DNA of 32,000 nucleotides from Nitratidesulfovibrio vulgaris str. Hildenborough (GTDB lineage Bacteria; Desulfobacterota; Desulfovibrionia; Desulfovibrionales; Desulfovibrionaceae): NCBI RefSeq assembly GCF_000195755.1, contig NC_002937.3, positions 2,400,001 to 2,432,000 of the forward strand, read 5' to 3'. Shown piece by piece: positions 25,853 to 32,000 of this stretch (position 1 is its first letter; each line of letters starts with the position of its first letter). The notes under the pieces were generated by a model. It saw only the letters and a program-made list of their open reading frames with translations, ran no database searches and was not told where the DNA came from. The position numbers and the translations under genes were made by a program.

Positions 25853-26730
25853 GTGAAGCATGTTCCGGCTGCTCCAGCACGGCGCAGGGCGGCTGCGGCG
25901 GTAGCGGCGCCCAAGACCTTGAGGCCATGGCCGCACAGAAACGGCTCAAGGACAATCTCGCCCGCATCAGACACCGCATCGTCGTCATGTCCGGCAAGGG
26001 CGGCGTGGGCAAGAGCACCGTGGCGGCGAACCTCGCCGCAGGTCTCGCTCTTGCCGGCAAGCGCGTGGGCCTGCTCGACGTCGACGTGCATGGCCCGAGC
26101 ATCCCGCGCCTTCTCTGCCTCGACCAGTCGAAGGTGGATGTTGAGGGCGACCTCATCAAGCCCGTCATGTGGGGTGACAACCTCAAGGTCATGTCGCTGG
26201 GCTTCTTTCTGCCGAACGGGCAACAGGCCGTCATCTGGCGCGGACCGGTCAAGATAGGCTTCATCCAGCAACTCGTCGGCGATGTGGAATGGGGCGACCT
26301 CGACTACCTCATCGTCGACTGCCCTCCCGGCACGGGTGACGAACCTCTCTCCGCCGTACAGCTGCTCAACCCCGGTGCCCACGCCCTCGTGGTCACCACG
26401 CCGCAGGCCGTGGCCATCGACGACGTACGCCGTTCCCTCGGCTTCTGCGCCGAGATAGGCATTCCCGTACTCGGCCTCGTGGAGAACATGAGCGGCATCG
26501 TCTGCTCGCAATGCGGCAACATCGAAGAGTTGTTCGGCAAAGGCGGCGGCGAAGCCCTCGCCAAGGAGATGGCCGTACCTTTCCTCGCCGCGCTGCCCCT
26601 CGACCCGCAGGTCGTCCGCAGCGGTGACGAGGGATGGGTGTACATCAAGCATCACCCCGAACGCCCCACCGCGCTGGCACTGCGTCCGGTCATCGACGCG
26701 GCGCTGGGGCTGGACGCCGCCAAGGCATAA
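25849..26730 (+). CDS. mrp: Mrp/NBP35/ApbC-family Fe-S cluster carrier ATPase
   Basis: Deviant Walker A MSGKGGVGKST, DCPPGTGDE, and the conserved CSQCG (CxxC) cluster-bridging motif. Cys-rich N-terminus CSGCSSTAQGGCGG. The ATGA start/stop overlap with hypB is at 25849-25852. Confidence 0.9.
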   Translation: MSEACSGCSSTAQGGCGGSGAQDLEAMAAQKRLKDNLARIRHRIVVMSGKGGVGKSTVAANLAAGLALAGKRVGLLDVDVHGPSIPRLLCLDQSKVDVEGDLIKPVMWGDNLKVMSLGFFLPNGQQAVIWRGPVKIGFIQQLVGDVEWGDLDYLIVDCPPGTGDEPLSAVQLLNPGAHALVVTTPQAVAIDDVRRSLGFCAEIGIPVLGLVENMSGIVCSQCGNIEELFGKGGGEALAKEMAVPFLAALPLDPQVVRSGDEGWVYIKHHPERPTALALRPVIDAALGLDAAKA

Positions 26731-26753
26731 CCCGTCTCTTCTCGCTCATCCCG

Positions 26754-26783
26754 GGGCGGCCCGCACAGGCGGGCCGCCCTTTG
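26754..26783 (+). terminator. Rho-independent terminator of hypA-hypB-mrp operon
   Basis: 11-bp perfect stem GGGCGGCCCGC (26754-26764) / GCGGGCCGCCC (26769-26779), ACAG tetraloop, followed by TTTG. Confidence 0.8.
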
Positions 26784-27032
26784 CGTCCGGTCCCGTACCC
26801 GGCCCCGTGCCCGCCTCCGTGCCTGGCCCCGCGCCTTACGGCGCCCCCCTCGGCTTCAACGTATGCACCCACGCCTCCATGACGCGCACGACCGTCCATC
26901 TGTGCAGAGTGCGTCAGGGCGCGTACGTTTCCGCCATCCCTTCACCATCCCCCTGCCATCGTCTCACAGCACGCGCCGTCTTGACATGCGCCCCCCGGCG
27001 GATGAACAATCGCGCTCTTACAGGAGCCTGTC

Positions 27033-28262
27033 ATGTCCAAGCACGATACGCCGATAGACGACACCAATCCCTTCCGCGCCCTCCAGAAACGCCAGTTTCG
27101 CGATGCGCGAACCGCCTCTGCGGAAAAGAAACCCGAACCAGCACGCCATTCGGTCGCCCTCCCCGACGACGAATCCGAAGCCTTCGCCGCAGCCATGGGC
27201 GGCGTACAGCGTCTTGATGCCCCTTCCGGCAAGGCACCTTCACCCGGCAAGGGCGGCAAGACGAACAAGGGACACAGAGAGGGCGGCGCTTCAGGTACGC
27301 CCCATGCCCCCCAGCCTGCTTCCGGCGCCGTCAATCCGGCCACACCCACCGGCCATGAGGGGACGCCCCGTGCCCGTGACGCCCATGGTCGTCCGACGCC
27401 CGCCATGGAAGCCGCACTGCGCGACAAGGCTGGCATCCAGCCCGCAGATGAGGGCAGTTTCGCACTGGGGCAGCACCCGGCGTTCAAGTCGCTTCGCGAG
27501 AATGCACAGCAAGCGGATGCGGACGTCCTGCTGCCGGAAGCCCCGCATGGACAGCCAATCCAAGGCCCTGCCAGCCATCCCGACGTGAAGACCTCGCAGC
27601 GACGCCTCGACGTGCGTGAACGTTCACGCCATGCCGTCAGCGACCACGGGACGCAACACCCCACCCGCGCGACATCCGGCGATGATGACGATGACATGTC
27701 GTTCGCCACAGCCATGCGCGGCATCACGCCCCTGTCGGGCAAGGGGCGCGAAGTGCCCCCCGCCGTGACACCGGGCAAGGCGGCGACCTCCGGACGCGAC
27801 CCCGTGCAGGACTTCCTTGAGGGACGCATCGAGTTCGCCCTTGAGTACACGGAAGAATACCTCGAAGGGCATGTGGTGGGGCTGGACGAGTTGACCATCG
27901 GCAAGCTTCGCGCCGGGCAATACAGCCCCGAAGCGCACCTTGACCTGCACGGGCTGAACGCCTTGCAGGCTTACCAGTCGCTGGTCGGTTTCTTTCGCGG
28001 GGCCTATCTCAAGGGGCTGCGTACCGTGCTGGTCATTCCGGGACGTGGTCGCAATTCGCCGGATGGCCTCGGCATCCTGCGTGAGAAGCTGCAATCGTGG
28101 CTTACCCGCGACCCGTTCAAACGGGTGGTGCTCGCCTTCTGCACGGCACAGCCTACCGACGGCGGTGCCGGGGCGGTCTACGTGCTGCTGCGCAAATTCA
28201 AGAAGAGTCGCGGCAAGATACAGTGGGACAGGACACCGAGCGACGCCGACCTGTTCATGTAG
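27033..28262 (+). CDS. Smr (MutS2-related small endonuclease) domain protein with long disordered N-terminal region
   Basis: SD CAGGAG (27021-27026) precedes the start. The C-terminal Smr pattern is LDLHGLNALQAYQSL...TVLVIPGRGRNSPDG..LREKLQSWL...GGAGAVYVLLRK. The N-terminal roughly 280 aa are Pro/Ala/Gly/Lys-rich. Confidence 0.85.
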   Translation: MSKHDTPIDDTNPFRALQKRQFRDARTASAEKKPEPARHSVALPDDESEAFAAAMGGVQRLDAPSGKAPSPGKGGKTNKGHREGGASGTPHAPQPASGAVNPATPTGHEGTPRARDAHGRPTPAMEAALRDKAGIQPADEGSFALGQHPAFKSLRENAQQADADVLLPEAPHGQPIQGPASHPDVKTSQRRLDVRERSRHAVSDHGTQHPTRATSGDDDDDMSFATAMRGITPLSGKGREVPPAVTPGKAATSGRDPVQDFLEGRIEFALEYTEEYLEGHVVGLDELTIGKLRAGQYSPEAHLDLHGLNALQAYQSLVGFFRGAYLKGLRTVLVIPGRGRNSPDGLGILREKLQSWLTRDPFKRVVLAFCTAQPTDGGAGAVYVLLRKFKKSRGKIQWDRTPSDADLFM

Positions 28263-28513
28263 CACGCCCCCTCACACACGGGACAGCCCGCCACCACAGA
28301 CCGGGCGGCGACAGGTCAGCGGCGAGACATCCCCATATGGCCTGATTCAACGCCCCTGTGTAACGCGCTGGGTGCTGACTGCGGGAGGGATTCAGGGTCC
28401 CCCGCAGGGGACGGCAGGGAGACACCCCGTCCCGGCCCTTGGCCACAGATGATCGGGCCGTGCCCTCTTGCGGCCTGACGCCGATGCAACCGGAACCCAT
28501 TGCCATGCCTGCG

Positions 28514-28550
28514 AGAACGCCCTCCGTCTTGCGACGGAGGGCGTTCTTTC
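28514..28550. terminator. Bidirectional terminator between Smr gene and proC
   Basis: 15-bp perfect stem AGAACGCCCTCCGTC (28514-28528) / GACGGAGGGCGTTCT (28533-28547), TTGC loop, followed by TTC. Confidence 0.8.
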
Positions 28551-28592
28551 AATCACATGGACGGCGCATGGACATGCACCGCACCCGACGCT

Positions 28593-29390
28593 CTAGCGTT
28601 CCATCTCCTGCCCACGCCTGTAGGCGGCGAGGATGGCGTCGATGATGCGTCCGCGCACGGCATCCCTGTCGAACTGGTTCATGGCGGCGATGGTGTTGCC
28701 CGCTGGCGAACACACGGCCTCGCGAAGCAGAGAGAGATGCGTACCTGATGTGGCAGCCAGCTTCACCGAACCGGCGAAGAGGTCGACCACCATGTCCGTC
28801 GCCTCATGACGCGGAAAGCCCAGCGTCACCGCAGCCTCGACCACGGCTTCCATGAAATGGAAGACATAGGCCGGGCCACAGCCCACGACCGCCGTGAAGG
28901 CGTTGAACTTCTCTTCAGGCAGCACCAGCACACGGCCAAGCGCCTCGAAAAGCTCCTTCACGAGAGTGCGGCGTACCTCATCGAGGGTCGCGTCCTCGAA
29001 GCACAGGGCGAAGACGCCCGCCCCCACCATGGCGGGGGTGTTGGGCATGACGCGCACCACAGGACAACGCCCGCCGCTCATCTCACGCAGTGAGCCGACG
29101 GACACGCCCGAGGCGATGGAGACCACGACCTTGCCGGAATCGAGTTCCGGCATGGCCGCACCAAGCACCGCGCCGACCTGACCCGGCTTCACGGCCACGA
29201 GAACAATGTCCGAAGCGCGCACGGCGGCGGCGATGTCAGCCACCCCTTCGACGCCCGCGTCGGCAAGCGCAGCCAGCTTGGCGCCCGTGGGGTCGCAGCC
29301 GACAAGACGCAGTCCTTCACGTCCGGAAAGCCCGCGCAGAATGGCGGAGCCCATGTTGCCGCAACCTATGCAGCCGAGTGTTGTTTGCAT
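28593..29390 (-). CDS. proC: Pyrroline-5-carboxylate reductase
   Basis: N-terminal Rossmann IGCGNMGSAIL, then RVMPNTPA, and C-terminal SPAGNTIAAM, typical of ProC. The start overlaps the ndk stop (TAATG). Confidence 0.93.
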   Translation of the reverse strand: MQTTLGCIGCGNMGSAILRGLSGREGLRLVGCDPTGAKLAALADAGVEGVADIAAAVRASDIVLVAVKPGQVGAVLGAAMPELDSGKVVVSIASGVSVGSLREMSGGRCPVVRVMPNTPAMVGAGVFALCFEDATLDEVRRTLVKELFEALGRVLVLPEEKFNAFTAVVGCGPAYVFHFMEAVVEAAVTLGFPRHEATDMVVDLFAGSVKLAATSGTHLSLLREAVCSPAGNTIAAMNQFDRDAVRGRIIDAILAAYRRGQEMER

Positions 29391-29809
29391 TAGCCTACGA
29401 TCTCCAGCGCGTTGAAGAAGTACGAGATCTCGAACGCGGCGGTTTCAGGGGCGTCGGAACCGTGAACCGAGTTGGCCTCGAGGCTCACGGCGTACTTCTT
29501 CCGGATGGTACCTTCCGCGGCATTGGCCGGGTTGGTGGCCCCCATGATTTCACGATACCGGCTGATGGCATTCTCGCCTTCGAGCACCGAGCAGACCACC
29601 GGGCCGGAGCACATGTAGGTGGTCAGGCTATCGAAGAAGGGACGCTCACGGTGCACGGCATAGAAGCCTTCGGCCTGCGCCTTGGTCAGATGGATCATCT
29701 TCATGGCGACGACCTTGAGCCCTGCGCCCTGGATCATGGCGAGGACCTCGCCCTGCAGATTGCGCTCTACGGCGTCGGGCTTGATGATCGAAAATGTACG
29801 TTCAACCAC
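29390..29809 (-). CDS. ndk: Nucleoside diphosphate kinase
   Basis: GTG 29809 is preceded by GGAGG 7 nt upstream on the reverse strand. The protein starts (M)[13 protein letters not shown] and has the active-site NSVHGSD. The tracked extension to 29848 has no homology-like content. Confidence 0.92.
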   Translation of the reverse strand: MVERTFSIIKPDAVERNLQGEVLAMIQGAGLKVVAMKMIHLTKAQAEGFYAVHRERPFFDSLTTYMCSGPVVCSVLEGENAISRYREIMGATNPANAAEGTIRKKYAVSLEANSVHGSDAPETAAFEISYFFNALEIVG

Positions 29810-30360
29810 GGTACTACCTCCACTTGCAGTTCGGACGACCCGCGTCAACGGAACAGGACGCGTCGTCCGCTAGGGGTTGCACACAGGTGCCATTCACCTG
29901 TGCGTTACAGGGGCGCAACGGGATTCCCGCCCGTGACGCCCGTACATCACCACACATGCGACCCGGTCGACGCGGCACGTCAGTCGGCTTGCCCGACATC
30001 AACGGCATCATCGACGTCCTCGACATCAGCGGTATAGGTGTTCCGCTCCTCAACGGCGCACCCGTCGCCTTGTGGTGACATGATTCGCTATCCCCCCACC
30101 CGCAGGGGGGAGAATCCGGCGACGGCACACCGCCGGAGGGCATGAAACATCTGATCAAAACCGTAGTGCCAGTGGCTTGCCTCTACACCTCACGCCGGAC
30201 ACCCGCCGTTCACGCGCAGGTCATGTCGCACAGGCCGCCACATCCGGCGTCGGCGTCCGGCGTCGCCCACAACGCCCGACAGCTGCATCGCCATCTGCAT
30301 CGGCCTCTGGCATGAGCACCCGGCACAGCATCCGGGAATGGCCCGTCTCTCCGGCACCTG

Positions 30361-31911
30361 TCATCGGCGCGCAGTCGTCTCCGCATCAAGCAGCTGACGC
30401 ATGGTCACGATACGCACCGACTTGTCGCGCGTACGCTGCCACTCCTTGAGTGCCGCCACTGTCTCGGCGAGAGGATGCCCGATGGCGACAGCCACGCCCT
30501 GTTCATGGGCTACGCGCGCCGCCTTGTCGAGCTGGAACATGATGTTGCGCTTGTCGTGGATGACATCAAGGAACACGTTGCGCTTTCCGGCGGGCAACCC
30601 TGCCTTGCGCGCCTCACGATAGAAGACCGACCCGGAATGCGTCACGCTGTCGAGCACGAAGAGCCCCTTGCCCTCCAGCGCGTCACATACGGCGCGTACG
30701 CCACGGGTGTCCTGCGTGAAACGCGACCCCATATGGTTGTTGAGGCCCACGGCGTGGGGTACCCGGGCGAGGTTGTCCCGCAGCGTCGCCTCTATCTCGT
30801 CACTGCCCATCCGTACATAGATGGCACCCGGCCCCGGCTTCACCGACGGATACTTGAGCGGTTCCATGGGCTGGTGGATCATCACCTCACGTCCGGCGCG
30901 GTGTGCCGCCTCCGCAGCCTCACGCGCATGCGAGCTTCTGGGCCACACCGCGAAGGTGACGGGGTAGTCGAGCTTCAGCAGGTCACGCACCGCCCCCATG
31001 CTCTCGCCTATGTCATCGATGACGATGGCAAGCAACGCGCCTTCCACCGGGGTTCCGGGACGGGGCTCTTCCACCGACTCATACAACGAAAGGGTGATCT
31101 CATGCGTGAGCACCCCGCCCACGTAGACCTCAATGAGGTCATCGGCCTTCTTGCGCATCTGCGCACGCTCGGCCCATACGGAAAGAGCTTCGACGAACGC
31201 CTTGACGAAACGGTCGGGGGCGTCGCCGACACCCAGTGTCATCTGCTGGAAATGGTAGCTTTCGCCCTGTTCGTTGCGTGTCTCGACGCTCGCGATGCGC
31301 AGCCTCTCCCGCGCGATGCCGAGACGCACCAGCGTCTGCACCAGCGCGTAGTCGACCTGCTTCACCCCTTCTTCCAGCGGGGCGTCGAGGGATTCCTCGT
31401 AGGGCAAGGCCCCGGCGTTGACCGGGGCACGCACCGCGCCCTCACCGTCCACGGCGTCGGAAGTGGCGTTTCGGGGCACGGACGGCGCGGCCTTGTCCGC
31501 GTCCCCACCCGGTGTCGAGGCATCAGACTGCGCGTCGGCGTGTACGCCCTTACCGGTCGTCCTTGAGGCTTCACCCGACTGCACCTTCCCGGCTGTGGCG
31601 GAAGGCTGCGCTGGCGTCGGCCTCGCGGGAGAGGTTGCCGCGGGGGTCTTCTGACGTTCGGTCTTCGAGGGGGGTACGGGCCGTGTGGCATCAGCCCCGC
31701 CCTGCCACAGCCAGTACCCGGCCATGACCGTGAAGACGAGGCACAGCACCCCCATGATGACGATGACAAGTCGCGTCAGGGTCTTCTCTGTAGCTGCGGG
31801 GGTCTTGCTTCCCTTGCGGGTGCCAGACTTGGTGCCACTGCCGCGTGAACGGCCTGACGTGCCGTCTCCCTTGGCTGTGCTGCTTTTCTTCTGCGGGCGT
31901 TTGGCGGCCAT
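30361..31911 (-). CDS. Divergent polysaccharide deacetylase (YibQ-like) family protein with N-terminal Lys-rich tail, TM anchor and low-complexity linker
   Basis: The C-terminal roughly 250 aa carry LAIVIDDIG, YPVTFAVWP, VMIHQPMEP, NNHMGSRFT and AIGHP, signatures of the YibQ/divergent polysaccharide deacetylase family. The TM is LVIVIMGVLCLVFTVMAGYWLW. Confidence 0.85.
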   Translation of the reverse strand: MAAKRPQKKSSTAKGDGTSGRSRGSGTKSGTRKGSKTPAATEKTLTRLVIVIMGVLCLVFTVMAGYWLWQGGADATRPVPPSKTERQKTPAATSPARPTPAQPSATAGKVQSGEASRTTGKGVHADAQSDASTPGGDADKAAPSVPRNATSDAVDGEGAVRAPVNAGALPYEESLDAPLEEGVKQVDYALVQTLVRLGIARERLRIASVETRNEQGESYHFQQMTLGVGDAPDRFVKAFVEALSVWAERAQMRKKADDLIEVYVGGVLTHEITLSLYESVEEPRPGTPVEGALLAIVIDDIGESMGAVRDLLKLDYPVTFAVWPRSSHAREAAEAAHRAGREVMIHQPMEPLKYPSVKPGPGAIYVRMGSDEIEATLRDNLARVPHAVGLNNHMGSRFTQDTRGVRAVCDALEGKGLFVLDSVTHSGSVFYREARKAGLPAGKRNVFLDVIHDKRNIMFQLDKAARVAHEQGVAVAIGHPLAETVAALKEWQRTRDKSVRIVTMRQLLDAETTARR

Positions 31912-32000
31912 GGTATCCCATACGGAAGGAGGGCGCGGTCACCCGCGCCCCTCCGTATCTGCGTCTCGCACACCGTCTTCCGGTATGCCTTCTAGCGTAT

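Noticed and set aside
30475-31566. 363-aa plus-strand ORF inside the deacetylase gene. Likewise 3411-4358 minus, opposite the MBL hydrolase, and 22871-23908 plus, opposite the AMIN gene.
   Set aside because: These are antisense artefacts. The opposite-strand frames carry the family motifs, while these translations are Arg/Gly/His/Val-rich without structure.
1-32000. Search for CRISPR arrays, IS elements or transposases, integrases, prophage genes, tRNA/rRNA genes and known defence-system hallmarks (nucleases with ATPases, reverse transcriptase, toxin-antitoxin pairs)
   Set aside because: I saw no regularly spaced direct repeats of CRISPR type, no DDE or tyrosine-recombinase-like ORFs, no cloverleaf-compatible tRNA-like segments in the intergenic gaps and no RT or TA-like small gene pairs. 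The only dispersed repeat is the paralogous MCP signalling domain (about 2300-3290 versus about 12100-13100).

Overview
Visibly GC-rich chromosomal segment (GC not computed). Its gene content (rubrerythrin, hypA-hypB-mrp, two methyl-accepting chemotaxis proteins, Cu P-type ATPase, UbiD-family decarboxylase) points to a sulfate-reducing Desulfovibrio-type bacterium, by inference only. I call 27 protein-coding genes, one of them a 5'-truncated fragment at the left edge. Most are separated by strong GC-rich hairpin terminators. I found no rRNA, tRNA, CRISPR array, transposase, integrase or phage genes. Most of the window is ordinary housekeeping or accessory metabolism: PiT fragment, yhcH-like/traR-like pair, MCP, MBL-fold hydrolase, pgl, yigZ, topB, MCP, rbr, OmpR-type regulator, UbiD-like, UDPGP-type UGPase, copA/copZ, TPR+AMIN pair, hypA-hypB-mrp, Smr protein, ndk-proC and a YibQ-type deacetylase. 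The least explained locus is a terminator-insulated two-gene cassette at 4636-6396. It encodes a 419-aa protein with no recognisable motif, followed by a small acidic protein whose sequence pattern matches class I type III secretion chaperones (CesT/SycE/YbjN-like fold). Upstream lies an unusually repeat-dense 300-bp control region, and no secretion apparatus is present in the window. I interpret it as a candidate orphan effector-chaperone (or toxin-partner) module. Secondary oddities are listed below:
- an OmpR-family regulator with a degenerate receiver domain;
- an orphan 140-aa gene followed by a helically phased CCGG repeat array;
- a large disordered insertion in topoisomerase III;
- a candidate PerR-type operator over the rubrerythrin promoter;
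- several structured non-coding gaps.
The many long ORFs antisense to real genes are treated as high-GC artefacts.
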